The notes: generated by a model not told the origin, from the letters alone. DNA of 64,000 bases from Escherichia coli (GCF_002854065.1 NZ_CP024147.1); one strand, 5' to 3'. Shown: positions 25,145 through 41,504, counted from the stretch's first letter. Translations and numbers: made by a program.

Positions 25145-25458
25145 TCTGTAGGCCAGATAAGACGCGTTAGTGTCTTATCTGGCATTTGCACCGATTGCCG
25201 GATGCGGCGTAAACGCCTTATCCGTCCTACGATTCCCATTATTTCAACAGATTACATTAAAGTAGGCCAGATAAGACGCGTCAGCGTCGCATCTGGCATT
25301 TGCACTGAATGCCAGATGCGGCGTAAACGCCTTATCCGTCCTACGATTCCCATTATTTCAACAGATTACATTAAAGTAGGCCAGATAAGACGCGTCAGCG
25401 TCGCATCTGGCATTTGCACTGAATGCCAGATGCGGCGTAAACGCCTTATCCGTCCTAC
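25145..25458. repeat. REP/BIME array: two perfect tandem copies of a 114-bp unit plus a partial copy, between convergent rcsB and rcsC
   Basis: Units at about 25231..25344 and 25345..25458 are identical; the track's 91-aa ORF across them shows a 38-aa peptide repeated exactly. Confidence 0.85.
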
Positions 25459-28304
25459 GAATCCCGCGATTTCCTGACCCTCTCGGCATATACCGTCAGC
25501 GTCTGTTTTATCACATCCAGCGTTACCGGCTTCGACAGGCAGCTGTCCATACCGGACTCCAGACACCGCTGCTTCTCTTCAGCCAACGCATTAGCAGTTA
25601 CTCCGATTACCGGCAACGTCAGTCCCAACTGACGAATGCGTTGCGTCAAGCGGTAACCATCCATATTTGGCATGTTGACGTCGCTAAGCACGATATCAAT
25701 ATGATTCTTGCTAAGTACATTAAGCGCATCGACGCCATCATTCGCGGTTTTACATTGATAGCCCAACGATCCCAACTGATCTGCCAGCAGACGTCGGTTA
25801 ATCGGATGATCATCCACGACCAGAATCATCATATCGTCATTATCGCTGACCGCTTTGTCCGTCGACGGCAGAGCGTTAGCAGGATCGTCGCTCTCCATCT
25901 CGATCAAATAAATACGCGCCAACAATGCCGGTAGCTCATGCGGAGCAGCCACACTGTGTACCCACTCCCCTGGCGCTTTCTCCAGCGGAATACCAATATG
26001 TCGACGACAGAAGGTCACTACCGCTCTGCCCTGCCATTTTTTACTCACTACCTCGTCAGTGATTAACACATCTTCGGGAGTCGGTTCCTGCCCTTCGTAT
26101 GTTGTAACGACGATGCCGCTGCGCTGCAAACTGGTTTCCAGGAACTGACAGAGCGACGCATTGCGGACCGCCAGCCAGCAGCGTTTACCACTCAGCCCTT
26201 CCACGCCTTTTTTCTGCGGGTACTGAGCGCCGTACAACGGAATACGCACGGTAAACTGGCTGCCCATTCCCGGTTCTGAATCTACCGAGATGTCGCCGTC
26301 CATCATGCTGATCAGTTTTTCACAAATCGCCAGACCCAGACCGGTCCCCTGGAAGTTTCGCTGTACGCCCGTTCCGACCTGGAAGAAGGGATCAAACAAG
26401 CGCACCACTTCTTTCGCCGGAATCCCCACGCCGGTATCGCGAACACGGATAGAGAGATAATCGCCATCAGCGCGGACATGCAAAACTATACAGCCGGTAT
26501 CAGTGAATTTTATGGCGTTACTCAACAGGTTGGAGATGACCTGCTGTAAACGCATCGGGTCGCCATTTAAAGCCACTGGCACATCCGGTTCAATAAAGCA
26601 GTACAAGCCTAACTGCTTGCGTACCACCAGCGGTAAATAGTTGGCGGTGATGTGGTTCATCACTTCACGCGGTGAAAACTCACGCGGTTCGATCTTCAAC
26701 TGTTCCGATTCAATCTTCGAGAAATCGAGAATATCGCTGATAATTTTCAACAACAGGCTGGAAGAGTTGTTCATTGCCGTCACCAGACGATCGACGCCTT
26801 TCGGTAACTCTTTGGTTTGCAACAGATCCAGGTTACCGATAATGCCATACAGCGGCGTTCGCAGCTCATGACTGACGGTGGCAAGGAACATCGATTTTGA
26901 CTGGCTCGCCTGTTCCGCTGCTTGTGCCATCTCCTGCAACGACTCTTCCATCTTCACGCGCGAAGAAACATCCACCAGCACACAAATGGCCACGTTTTCA
27001 TTACGATAGCGCGAATGGACGAAGCTGATTTGCAGATTGGTATTGTTGCTGGTCAGGACATCAACAAAATTGACCTGCTGCCCACAGATAATTTGTGTCA
27101 GCCGTTGGCGGTCCTCATGCGTAAGCATATTGAGATAGGTATGCGCCAGTTCGTTACTTAAAATATTGACGCCATCTGCGGTACGCAAAATACAGATACC
27201 CACTGGCGCGGAGGCGACAATCTTGCGGTTAAACTGCTCATGTTCTTCCAGTCGCAGGGCATCGCTTTCCGCCGGAATGAAAATACGCCGCTCGTACATC
27301 CGCGCGAGAGTAAACAATGCAGCTCCAGCAAGCACATTCAGCAAAATTGCGTTAAGGATCAACATGCGAATGCGTTCCAGCACCTTATCAACCGGCACCG
27401 AATAAACGATGCTTAGCGATGAGGGAGGCAGATTTTTCTTCAGCACCAGCTCCCGGAAACCTTCCGTATAGCCAAACCAGGAGCGTTCCTGCATCCAGCG
27501 AGGATCGCCCTTAATTTTGCTTTCTGGTCCGGTAAGCGAAATCAGGGTATGACCATTTTCATCAAGAATGGTAACCCCCATCGGCAACGTACCCGGTAAG
27601 AAAAAATTCTCCATCCGGATGGTCTGCTCGACACCCAAAAGCGCCTGCAACCTGTTCGCCAGATAAACTGGCGTCAACGCGTAAAAATACCCGACGCCAG
27701 GGCGCGGACCTTCGCTGATCCAGTAGAGGTTACTGCCGCTATCATCTTGTGGTGCATTTCGATATTTATTGATGCGTTCATGCAACGCTTTCAACGCGGT
27801 ATCGCGTTCCACTGGCATATCACGCAGACCGAAATTGGCCATGCAGAGGTTATCGCTGCCGATTAAAAATACCCGGTTGAGATCGTAAGCCGCAGAAAAA
27901 TTATCGCGCCAGTAGCGCATAAACCACGCCAATGACTCCAGAGAACCTCGCCAGGTGTTACTCATTGCGGAACAATCGGAGTCGGCAAACAGCGGTTCAA
28001 ACGCAGGCACATCCGCCTGCGTTTCTCGTCCACGCGGGGAAAGCACACCGTTTTCTGCCGATAAGCGATTTTCAGCGATGTACTTCAGCTCTTTCATCAC
28101 ATCAGAGGTGCGTTGAATAAAGCGCTGAGCCTGATCGGAACTCAGATTAAATTCCTGACGAATTTCCGATTCTCGCTGATGTAACGCATTAACGATGTAA
28201 AAAACGGATGAAAAAGCAATCAACAGCCAGAGCACTAACGCCAATGCTCTGAACATGTAGCGCGAGGCTTTCAGGGTTGTACGAAAAGAAGCAAGGTATT
28301 TCAA
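25455..28304 (-). CDS. rcsC: Hybrid sensor histidine kinase RcsC
   Basis: 949-aa ORF with periplasmic sensor, HisKA (SHELRTP), ATPase domain, and C-terminal receiver (VDDHPINRRL...DVNMP). Confidence 0.95.
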   Translation of the reverse strand: MKYLASFRTTLKASRYMFRALALVLWLLIAFSSVFYIVNALHQRESEIRQEFNLSSDQAQRFIQRTSDVMKELKYIAENRLSAENGVLSPRGRETQADVPAFEPLFADSDCSAMSNTWRGSLESLAWFMRYWRDNFSAAYDLNRVFLIGSDNLCMANFGLRDMPVERDTALKALHERINKYRNAPQDDSGSNLYWISEGPRPGVGYFYALTPVYLANRLQALLGVEQTIRMENFFLPGTLPMGVTILDENGHTLISLTGPESKIKGDPRWMQERSWFGYTEGFRELVLKKNLPPSSLSIVYSVPVDKVLERIRMLILNAILLNVLAGAALFTLARMYERRIFIPAESDALRLEEHEQFNRKIVASAPVGICILRTADGVNILSNELAHTYLNMLTHEDRQRLTQIICGQQVNFVDVLTSNNTNLQISFVHSRYRNENVAICVLVDVSSRVKMEESLQEMAQAAEQASQSKSMFLATVSHELRTPLYGIIGNLDLLQTKELPKGVDRLVTAMNNSSSLLLKIISDILDFSKIESEQLKIEPREFSPREVMNHITANYLPLVVRKQLGLYCFIEPDVPVALNGDPMRLQQVISNLLSNAIKFTDTGCIVLHVRADGDYLSIRVRDTGVGIPAKEVVRLFDPFFQVGTGVQRNFQGTGLGLAICEKLISMMDGDISVDSEPGMGSQFTVRIPLYGAQYPQKKGVEGLSGKRCWLAVRNASLCQFLETSLQRSGIVVTTYEGQEPTPEDVLITDEVVSKKWQGRAVVTFCRRHIGIPLEKAPGEWVHSVAAPHELPALLARIYLIEMESDDPANALPSTDKAVSDNDDMMILVVDDHPINRRLLADQLGSLGYQCKTANDGVDALNVLSKNHIDIVLSDVNMPNMDGYRLTQRIRQLGLTLPVIGVTANALAEEKQRCLESGMDSCLSKPVTLDVIKQTLTVYAERVRKSRDS

Positions 28305-28481
28305 AGGGGCGAAGCTCCGCCTCAGGTGACCGATGGAGTGTGGTTAAGGTAGCGGTAAAAGCGTGTTACCGCAATGTTCTGTCACCATTGCAATAATGCG
28401 TATCGCTTAGAAACCATTGCCTTAACCAGGAAAGCCGGAGTAAATGGACAGTTCTCAGTACGAAAAATAAGAAATGACCAA

Positions 28482-28521
28482 TCTGCCGACGCTTGTTAAT
28501 GGTTATATCCTGGCGTCGGCA
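28482..28521 (-). terminator. Candidate terminator hairpin downstream of yfaP (10-bp stem ctgccgacgc / gcgtcggcag)
   Basis: Inverted repeat read directly; on the minus strand it is followed by T-rich sequence. Coordinates approximate. Confidence 0.4.
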
Positions 28522-28578
28522 GATCGCCCAGCAGTCTTATCTGAAAAAAGAAAGAGCCAGGTTGTGTGAAGGGATGGA

Positions 28579-29355
28579 TCACCAGTCAAAACTTTTCACC
28601 AGCGTCAGCTCGCCAGCATTACGCATCGGTACAATAAATTTTTCCTGTTTCTCATTGACCGATCCTTCATCGGTAATCAGCGTCAGTTGGGCGGTGGTTA
28701 ATTCCGTTTCGCTGCGCCCACCATAGTAGTTGATATACACCTGATAGCGCCCGTGAACTGGCGCTGGCATGGCGAAAATCTCGGGTCCGTACCCCGTCGT
28801 GACATCCATATCCAGTGCACCACTGTTTTTCAGCACGGTGTTACCGTACCAGGCGTGTTCGCCATCGGGCGTGACAACATGGAGATCGAGATCGGTATTG
28901 TCCGTATCCCACGAGAGAACCAGCCGTAAACGTGCACGAATCGTTCCTGTACCCGGCGTTGAGTAAAACTGCATTTTTTGTCGGCTTTGCCCATCCGGGC
29001 TGATGACCTGCACGCTGTTGCTGCCTTCAGTGAAAATATAAGGGCGTGCAAATGAACCATCGGATTCAATTCTCTGCGGCATACTGGCACCGTTGACCAC
29101 CAGCCGGCCCTGCTGAGCTTTACCCGCCGCAGCATAATTCTTTATTTTGCCGCGGATCTGCGCTGAGATATTTTGATCATCTGCCATGTTGACGGACGAC
29201 GCCGGGTAATTGATCGATTGTGAAAAACTGGCATCTTCGCCCTCTGCCGGATGCCAGCCTGAGAGCGGTGCGTCAATCTCGACTTCCTGCACACCTTCAC
29301 TGTGAGCGACAGGCGAAAGCGCCACCAGTAACAACAGAAGAAAAATCTTTCGCAT
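28579..29355 (-). CDS. yfaP: Secreted protein YfaP (DUF2135 family as recalled); last gene of the yfaA-T-S-Q-P cluster
   Basis: 258-aa ORF with signal peptide (MRKIFLLLLLVALSPVAHS); start overlaps the yfaQ stop. Confidence 0.85.
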   Translation of the reverse strand: MRKIFLLLLLVALSPVAHSEGVQEVEIDAPLSGWHPAEGEDASFSQSINYPASSVNMADDQNISAQIRGKIKNYAAAGKAQQGRLVVNGASMPQRIESDGSFARPYIFTEGSNSVQVISPDGQSRQKMQFYSTPGTGTIRARLRLVLSWDTDNTDLDLHVVTPDGEHAWYGNTVLKNSGALDMDVTTGYGPEIFAMPAPVHGRYQVYINYYGGRSETELTTAQLTLITDEGSVNEKQEKFIVPMRNAGELTLVKSFDW

Positions 29356-29359
29356 AGCA

Positions 29360-31009
29360 TTAGTCCATTAATAATTGTCGGGTCAGCGTTTCGATATAGT
29401 TCTCATCAAGCCCGGTGGGATAACCATCAAAGGCCAGGTGCAGATACTCATGGGTTAAATCCAGCCGATCCTGAAGCGTAAAGAAGTTACGAATAAACAG
29501 CCGTTTCTGCTGCCGATCGGTATAGGGGAAACCTGAGACTAAACGACAGACCGCAAACACGTCTGGTTCGTTGTACCCCGTCTCGCCTTGTAATATACGC
29601 CGCCACTGCGGCATTTTTTTCGCCAGCCAGGCTTTCGCTTTGGGTAATAACTGACAGGTTGAGCGTGGCGCTCCCCAGCGGCTAAGGCTGTTGTCGGGAT
29701 AAGCAAACGCGAGTATCTGGTCGTAACGCTCTCCCCGCCCCGCCTGGGCCATGGCTTGCCGCCAGGAAAGCGTCCCTTCGGTAGCGCGACTGCCGTGATA
29801 ATGAACCGGATCGCCCGCATAGATGAGATCCTGCGTCCAGGCGGTCATCGTTCGCGCCCCCGTGGTAGCTGGCGAAGCAGAAACACGCTGCGTGGCGCTG
29901 CTGTCGGGGATGGTCAGGCAATCGCCTTCCCGATTGGCGTTTTGCTGTAAAAAAGTGCGAATTGCCACGGTCATGGCTTTCGCTGCCTCAGGGGGCGTAC
30001 TTTTCGCCTCGCGATCCAGAACTCTGGCAACGTACTCTTCACGATCGAGATGCGACTGCAATTTCAGTTTGCCCTTTTCGCTCAGTAAGGTCGTCTCACC
30101 GTGGCTGACAAACGTAATGTGGTTACCATTGGCAAATGTCACACGATAGCGCCCATTAAGTACGCCGGGTTTTACTGACGTCGTACTCTTTTCCGCTGTG
30201 ATTTTCTTCAGCGGATAGCGGGCAAATAGCTCCATCTCTACACATTGCCCACTGGCAACTTGTGTCGGCACTGGCAAAACCCGATTAAGCACCGTCGCAT
30301 AACGGGTCAGTACCGTTTTGCTGGTGCCACTGCCAGTCACCCACAGCGGTGTACCATCGGTTAACCAGCCGGCAAAACCACCCTGACGGATTTCCTGTTT
30401 ATCATCGGCAAACCAGCTCCAGGTTTTCACCCGAACCCGACTACCGAGCATGGATGCGACACCGATTTTCGCCTCGTCCAGCACCACATCCAGTAAGACT
30501 TCCTGAGCTTTGTTTTGCGCAGGTAACGTCGCTAATGAATCAAGCAGCGATTTAACCGTTACCGAGGTTTCTGGCTTCAGCGTAGTAAGAGACGCTAACC
30601 ACGCAGGTGCCTGACGCTGTTGCCAGTATTGCCCCCACACATCTGCGCCAATATGCAACCGCTGCGGCGCAAAATAGAGCCCACAGGAACGTACCAGCGC
30701 GGTATCGCGCGTTATGCTCTCCCCAGCCTGACAACAATAAACCTCTTCCGGGGAGTTTCCGCGACACTGGTAGGGCTGCTCCGGTTGATGGGTATCCTCC
30801 AGCCAGGCGTAAACATACAGTTTCCACAAACTCCCTAACGGCGTGGTGAGCGAGTCAGGTAATGTCGAGGCTTTGGTCACGCCTGATGACGACAGCTGAT
30901 ACAGTTGATCGTGCTGCGCACCACGCAGTGCCAGTTGTAACGGCGTCTCCTCCGCAAGCGTTGGCAGAGTAACCAACGCCAATAGCCAGACGATTCTGCG
31001 CCAGTTCAC
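29360..31009 (-). CDS. yfaQ: Secreted protein YfaQ (DUF2300 family as recalled)
   Basis: 549-aa ORF with signal peptide (MNWRRIVWLLALVTLPTLA); abuts the yfaS stop. Confidence 0.85.
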   Translation of the reverse strand: MNWRRIVWLLALVTLPTLAEETPLQLALRGAQHDQLYQLSSSGVTKASTLPDSLTTPLGSLWKLYVYAWLEDTHQPEQPYQCRGNSPEEVYCCQAGESITRDTALVRSCGLYFAPQRLHIGADVWGQYWQQRQAPAWLASLTTLKPETSVTVKSLLDSLATLPAQNKAQEVLLDVVLDEAKIGVASMLGSRVRVKTWSWFADDKQEIRQGGFAGWLTDGTPLWVTGSGTSKTVLTRYATVLNRVLPVPTQVASGQCVEMELFARYPLKKITAEKSTTSVKPGVLNGRYRVTFANGNHITFVSHGETTLLSEKGKLKLQSHLDREEYVARVLDREAKSTPPEAAKAMTVAIRTFLQQNANREGDCLTIPDSSATQRVSASPATTGARTMTAWTQDLIYAGDPVHYHGSRATEGTLSWRQAMAQAGRGERYDQILAFAYPDNSLSRWGAPRSTCQLLPKAKAWLAKKMPQWRRILQGETGYNEPDVFAVCRLVSGFPYTDRQQKRLFIRNFFTLQDRLDLTHEYLHLAFDGYPTGLDENYIETLTRQLLMD

Positions 31010-36141
<5,132 letters not shown>

Positions 36142-36162
36142 TCAGCGCCAGCAGCCCGTGCC

Positions 36163-37851
36163 TCATAGCGGCTGCCAGGCTATGGTTAGCCACTGCCAGG
36201 CGGCACCGGGTTCCATCTGGGCCAGCTTCATGACATAACGCGGTTGTTGAGATAAAGCGTCCAGCTTCGGCATTAATAAAGTTTGTGCGGCGTTATAAAA
36301 AACCGGTTCGAGATTCTTCGGCAGACTGGTCAGCGTTTCGTTACGCAGCAGTTTCGCCACGCCTTGTGGATTGATATAGAGCGGAACGATGCCATCTGTG
36401 GGTATTACATCCACCATTGCCGGGCGGGTTTTATTCAGTGTTTGCAGGGCGTTATTAACCAGCGTGTCATCGAGGGAGAAAAGCAGCGTTTTGTTTTGCA
36501 TCGCCAGCGACACGCGGAAAAAATAATCCGACATTAATTGATCGGGTTGCACCGCCTGCGCTTTCGGATACTGACCGTACCGGGAACTCACTTCGCGACG
36601 CCAGATTTGCGCTTCGCCTTGCTGAGTCTGGCTTACCGGCAAAACACCTTCTGGCGCTTTGCTTTCGTGCGCGCCAATATTTTGCGTAAACAGTTTCCCT
36701 GGCAATTGCGCCTGTTCGGCAGTGCCATCAAACTGACCGACAAACAGCGGGGTTTGCAATTTTGAGTCTGCATACCAGCACAGCCCCGCGGCACCGTCCA
36801 ACGCCCCATTCAACTTGTCGTTTTCCTGGCTGATGTGCGAAAGCATCTCTTCGGCAATACCGTGTGAATACGGCACCGCCACACAGAAGCTGGCCCCGGC
36901 AGGCATACTGTTCCAGACCGGCGTAAAATCGAAACTGGCATCTACGCTGGCGGATTCATCATTTAACGCCACAAAACTGTGCCAGCCGTCGTTACCCATT
37001 TCGAAGCGTACGCCAGCAAAAGAAGGCATTAATCGCTGGTAGCCAAACCCCAGCAACCTGGCGCTGACTACGATACGCTGGCGTACTGGCGTTTTTTCGG
37101 CAGCACGCTCTTCCAGGCCAAAGCTGGCTTGCCAGCGTTTTTTGCCGCTCAACAAATCGCTTGCGATCGCCGTGGCTTCGGTATCCTGCTGATCATCTTT
37201 AAACAGCATATCCGTGCTGGAAAACACCAGCATCTTGTCCTGATATGTCGCGAACATCAGGGCGTTATTGCCGTTATAGCGCAACTGATAAACAGGAATA
37301 GTTTCACTATTTATCTTGATGCTACTGATTTCCGTTTTGCTTAACTGGCTATCGCTGGTAGCAGCAAACAGCAATGGCTCCAGCAGTTTGCTTAAACCAC
37401 TGCGTTGGATCAGCACCATGTAATGTGAAAGATGGCCTTGTTTATCGTGCCATAGCGCCGCCTGCGCGGGCTGATCTAAGAGTGACGAAAAGAGTTTATC
37501 TTTCAGCGTGAGATCGTGTTCATAGACAATGCGGCGAATGCTGCCTTCAATGCCCAGACGATCGGCATGATTCTGATAATAGAAAACGAAATCTTCGCTA
37601 AGAACATCGTGGAGAAACGGAATGGTGAGGAGATCTTTGGGAAGCTGGCTCAGAGAGTCGCTGTCGAGAAAGAGGTCTGGCTCATTGAGATCGATTTGCA
37701 GATTGTTGTGCACCACCAGCGGCGACAACGTTTTTTCTGGCCCACTGCCAGCATATTGCAACGCCCAGACGCCAGCGGAAAGCAGTACTATTGCGCCAAA
37801 ACCTACAAGACCATAGAACCGCCAGCCTTTCGCCTTTTTTTCACCACTCAT
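36163..37851 (-). CDS. yfaA: YfaA (DUF2138 family as recalled), first gene of the cluster
   Basis: Track ORF 36163..37899; start placed at MSGEKKAKGWRF (codon 17), giving 562 aa with an N-terminal transmembrane/signal segment. Confidence 0.85.
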   Translation of the reverse strand: MSGEKKAKGWRFYGLVGFGAIVLLSAGVWALQYAGSGPEKTLSPLVVHNNLQIDLNEPDLFLDSDSLSQLPKDLLTIPFLHDVLSEDFVFYYQNHADRLGIEGSIRRIVYEHDLTLKDKLFSSLLDQPAQAALWHDKQGHLSHYMVLIQRSGLSKLLEPLLFAATSDSQLSKTEISSIKINSETIPVYQLRYNGNNALMFATYQDKMLVFSSTDMLFKDDQQDTEATAIASDLLSGKKRWQASFGLEERAAEKTPVRQRIVVSARLLGFGYQRLMPSFAGVRFEMGNDGWHSFVALNDESASVDASFDFTPVWNSMPAGASFCVAVPYSHGIAEEMLSHISQENDKLNGALDGAAGLCWYADSKLQTPLFVGQFDGTAEQAQLPGKLFTQNIGAHESKAPEGVLPVSQTQQGEAQIWRREVSSRYGQYPKAQAVQPDQLMSDYFFRVSLAMQNKTLLFSLDDTLVNNALQTLNKTRPAMVDVIPTDGIVPLYINPQGVAKLLRNETLTSLPKNLEPVFYNAAQTLLMPKLDALSQQPRYVMKLAQMEPGAAWQWLTIAWQPL

Positions 37852-37924
37852 TCCCACATTCCTTGTGTATAGCCAGCCATTTTTTACGGGCACAGCCAAA
37901 CTTTACCGTGCCCTAATACGACAA

Positions 37925-37975
37925 AAGCCCAGACTTTGCAGCCTGGACTTTTCAATTCAAACAAGGGAGATAGCT
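37925..37975 (-). terminator. Candidate gyrA terminator hairpins in the gyrA-yfaA gap
   Basis: Short inverted repeats (GGGAG...CTCCC; CCAG...CTGG) followed by T-rich sequence on the minus strand. Weak and approximate. Confidence 0.35.
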
Positions 37976-37999
37976 CCCTTTTGGCATGAAGAAGTAAAA

Positions 38000-40627
38000 T
38001 TATTCTTCTTCTGGCTCGTCGTCAACGTCCACTTCCGGAGCGATTTCATCGTCCCCTTCCGCGGCACTGCCGTCGATGGTATCCAGATCTTCCTCGTCAA
38101 CCGGTTCAGCAACACGTTGCAGACCCACTACGTTTTCATCTTCCGCAGTACGGATGAGGATCACGCCCTGGGTGTTACGGCCCACGATGCTGATTTCTGA
38201 AACGCGAGTACGTACCAGCGTACCGGCATCGGTGATCATCATGATCTGGTCGCAGTCATCTACCTGTACCGCGCCAACAACTAAACCGTTACGTTCGGTA
38301 ACCTTGATGGAGATAACCCCTTTCGTCGCGCGCGACTTGGTTGGGTATTCCGCCACTGCGGTACGCTTACCATAACCGTTTTGCGTTGCGGTGAGGATTG
38401 CGCCATCGCCACGAGGCACGATCAGAGAGACGACTTTATCACCTTCGCCTAAACGAATACCGCGAACACCGGTGGTGTTGCAGCCCATCGCACGGACAGA
38501 AGACTCTTTAAAGCGCACCACTTTACCTTCGGCGGAGAACAGCATTACTTCATCTTCGCCACTGGTCAGGTCAACGCCGATCAACTCATCGCCTTCAACC
38601 AGTTTGATCGCCACTTTACCGGCGGTACGCAGACGGTTGAATTCGGTGAGGACGGTTTTCTTCACAGTACCGTTAGCGGTCGCCATGAAGACTTTCACGC
38701 CTTCTTCAAACTCGGTCACCGGCAGGATCGCGGTGATACGTTCGTCCTGCTCCAGCGGCAGCAGGTTGACGATCGGACGACCGCGCGCGCCACGAGTGGC
38801 CTCCGGCAACTGGTAAACTTTCATCGAATAGACGCGACCACGGCTGGAGAAGCACAGAATATGGTCGTGCGTGTTCGCCACCAGCAGTCGGTCGATAAAG
38901 TCTTCTTCTTTAATACGTGCGGCAGATTTACCTTTCCCGCCACGACGCTGCGCTTCGTATTCAGAAAGCGGCTGATATTTAACGTAGCCCTGGTGAGAGA
39001 GCGTCACGACCACATCTTCCTGGGTGATCAGATCTTCCAGGTTGATGTCTGCGCTGTTGGCGGTGATTTCAGTACGACGTTTGTCACCGAACTGTTCACG
39101 AACCAGCTCCAGCTCTTCACGGATCACTTCCATCAGACGATCGGCGCTACCAAGAATACGCAGCAGTTCCGCGATCTGATCCAGCAGCTCTTTGTATTCG
39201 TCGAGCAGTTTTTCGTGCTCAAGGCCGGTCAGTTTCTGCAAACGCAGATCCAGAATCGCCTGAGCTTGCTGTTCGGTCAGGTAGTACAGACCATCACGCA
39301 CGCCGAACTCTGGCTCCAGCCATTCCGGACGCGCAGCATCGTCGCCAGCACGTTCGAGCATCGCGGCAACGTTGCCCAGCTGCCACGGATTAGCCACCAG
39401 CGCAGTTTTCGCTTCTGCAGGCGTCGGCGCATGACGGATCAGTTCGATGATCGGGTCGATGTTCGCCAGCGCCACGGCTAATGCTTCAAGGATATGAGCA
39501 CGATCGCGAGCTTTACGCAGTTCGAAAATAGTACGACGGGTCACCACTTCACGGCGGTGACGAACAAACGCCGCGATGATGTCTTTCAGGTTCATGATCT
39601 TTGGCTGACCATGGTGCAATGCCACCATGTTGATACCGAAAGAAACCTGCAACTGGGTCTGGGAGTAGAGGTTGTTGAGCACAACTTCACCGACCGCATC
39701 GCGTTTCACTTCAATCACGATGCGCATACCGTCTTTGTCAGACTCGTCACGCAGCGCGCTGATGCCTTCCACGCGTTTTTCTTTTACCAGTTCCGCAATC
39801 TTCTCGATCAGGCGCGCTTTGTTTACCTGATACGGAATTTCGTGGACGATAATGGTTTCACGTCCGGTTTTGGCGTCAACTTCCACTTCGGCACGGGCGC
39901 GGATATATACCTTGCCGCGACCGGTACGGTAAGCTTCTTCAATACCGCGACGGCCGTTAATGATTGCCGCCGTCGGGAAGTCCGGCCCCGGGATGTGTTC
40001 CATCAGCCCTTCAATGCTGATGTCTTCATCATCGATATACGCCAGACAACCGTTGATGACTTCCGTCAGGTTGTGCGGCGGGATGTTGGTTGCCATACCT
40101 ACGGCGATACCGGAAGAACCGTTCACCAGCAGGTTAGGAATTTTGGTTGGCATGACGTCGGGAATTTTTTCCGTGCCGTCATAGTTATCAACGAAATCGA
40201 CCGTCTCTTTTTCGAGATCGGCCATCAGTTCATGGGCAATTTTCGCCAGACGGATTTCCGTATAACGCATTGCCGCCGCAGAGTCGCCGTCGATGGAACC
40301 GAAGTTACCCTGACCGTCTACCAGCATGTAACGCAGCGAGAATGGCTGCGCCATACGGACGATCGTGTCATAAACCGCCGAGTCACCATGGGGATGGTAT
40401 TTACCGATTACGTCACCAACGACACGGGCAGATTTTTTATAGGCTTTGTTCCAGTCATTGCCTAGTACGTTCATGGCGTAAAGTACGCGACGGTGTACCG
40501 GCTTCAGGCCATCTCGGACATCTGGCAGCGCACGGCCAACAATGACCGACATCGCATAATCCAGATAGGAGCTCTTCAGCTCTTCCTCAATGTTGACCGG
40601 TGTAATTTCTCTCGCAAGGTCGCTCAT
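38000..40627 (-). CDS. gyrA: DNA gyrase subunit A
   Basis: 875-aa ORF starting [22 protein letters not shown] reads [13 protein letters not shown] (Ser83, Asp87); acidic C-terminal tail. Confidence 0.97.
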   Translation of the reverse strand: MSDLAREITPVNIEEELKSSYLDYAMSVIVGRALPDVRDGLKPVHRRVLYAMNVLGNDWNKAYKKSARVVGDVIGKYHPHGDSAVYDTIVRMAQPFSLRYMLVDGQGNFGSIDGDSAAAMRYTEIRLAKIAHELMADLEKETVDFVDNYDGTEKIPDVMPTKIPNLLVNGSSGIAVGMATNIPPHNLTEVINGCLAYIDDEDISIEGLMEHIPGPDFPTAAIINGRRGIEEAYRTGRGKVYIRARAEVEVDAKTGRETIIVHEIPYQVNKARLIEKIAELVKEKRVEGISALRDESDKDGMRIVIEVKRDAVGEVVLNNLYSQTQLQVSFGINMVALHHGQPKIMNLKDIIAAFVRHRREVVTRRTIFELRKARDRAHILEALAVALANIDPIIELIRHAPTPAEAKTALVANPWQLGNVAAMLERAGDDAARPEWLEPEFGVRDGLYYLTEQQAQAILDLRLQKLTGLEHEKLLDEYKELLDQIAELLRILGSADRLMEVIREELELVREQFGDKRRTEITANSADINLEDLITQEDVVVTLSHQGYVKYQPLSEYEAQRRGGKGKSAARIKEEDFIDRLLVANTHDHILCFSSRGRVYSMKVYQLPEATRGARGRPIVNLLPLEQDERITAILPVTEFEEGVKVFMATANGTVKKTVLTEFNRLRTAGKVAIKLVEGDELIGVDLTSGEDEVMLFSAEGKVVRFKESSVRAMGCNTTGVRGIRLGEGDKVVSLIVPRGDGAILTATQNGYGKRTAVAEYPTKSRATKGVISIKVTERNGLVVGAVQVDDCDQIMMITDAGTLVRTRVSEISIVGRNTQGVILIRTAEDENVVGLQRVAEPVDEEDLDTIDGSAAEGDDEIAPEVDVDDEPEEE

Positions 40628-40773
40628 CTAACCGCTATCCCTCTACTGTATCCCGGATTCAAAGGTCGCAAATTATAACACAGCCGCGCAGTTTGAGGTA
40701 AACCTATACGCTTTATTCACATCCAATGCCTGATATACTCGTTTGTCTTGCCAATTACGGAGTAGAAGTGCCA

Positions 40774-41496
40774 ATGAATGCCGAAAAATCGCCGGTAAAC
40801 CATAACGTAGACCACGAAGAGATCGCTAAATTTGAAGCCGTCGCCTCCCGCTGGTGGGATCTGGAAGGTGAGTTCAAACCGCTGCACCGCATTAACCCGC
40901 TGCGTCTGGGCTATATTGCCGAGCGTGCTGGCGGTTTATTCGGCAAAAAGGTGCTCGATGTCGGTTGTGGCGGCGGCATTCTGGCCGAGAGTATGGCGCG
41001 CGAAGGTGCGACGGTGACCGGTCTGGATATGGGCTTTGAGCCATTGCAGGTGGCAAAACTGCACGCGCTGGAAAGCGGCATTCAGGTGGATTACGTGCAG
41101 GAAACCGTGGAAGAGCACGCGGCAAAACATGCCGGGCAGTATGATGTGGTGACCTGCATGGAGATGCTGGAGCACGTTCCCGATCCGCAGTCAGTGGTGA
41201 GAGCCTGTGCGCAACTGGTGAAACCAGGCGGCGATGTCTTTTTCTCGACGCTTAACCGCAACGGCAAGTCATGGCTGATGGCGGTGGTTGGTGCTGAATA
41301 TATTTTGCGCATGGTGCCCAAAGGCACGCATGATGTGAAGAAGTTTATTAAACCGGCAGAGCTGCTTGGCTGGGTAGATCAGACAAGCCTTAAAGAGCGA
41401 CATATAACCGGGCTACATTACAACCCGATCACTAATACTTTTAAACTCGGCCCCGGCGTGGATGTGAACTATATGCTGCACACGCAGAATAAGTGA
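40774..41496 (+). CDS. ubiG: Bifunctional 3-demethylubiquinone 3-O-methyltransferase UbiG
   Basis: Start at [11 protein letters not shown] (codon 17 of the track ORF), giving 240 aa; SAM-binding motif [11 protein letters not shown]. Confidence 0.93.
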
Positions 41497-41504
41497 GGTT
41501 GTTG

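Noticed and set aside
25145-25458. Possibility that the tandem repeat arrays are CRISPR arrays
   Set aside because: Units are ~114 bp, internally palindromic, and lack unique spacers between short direct repeats; no cas genes nearby. They match REP/BIME architecture instead.
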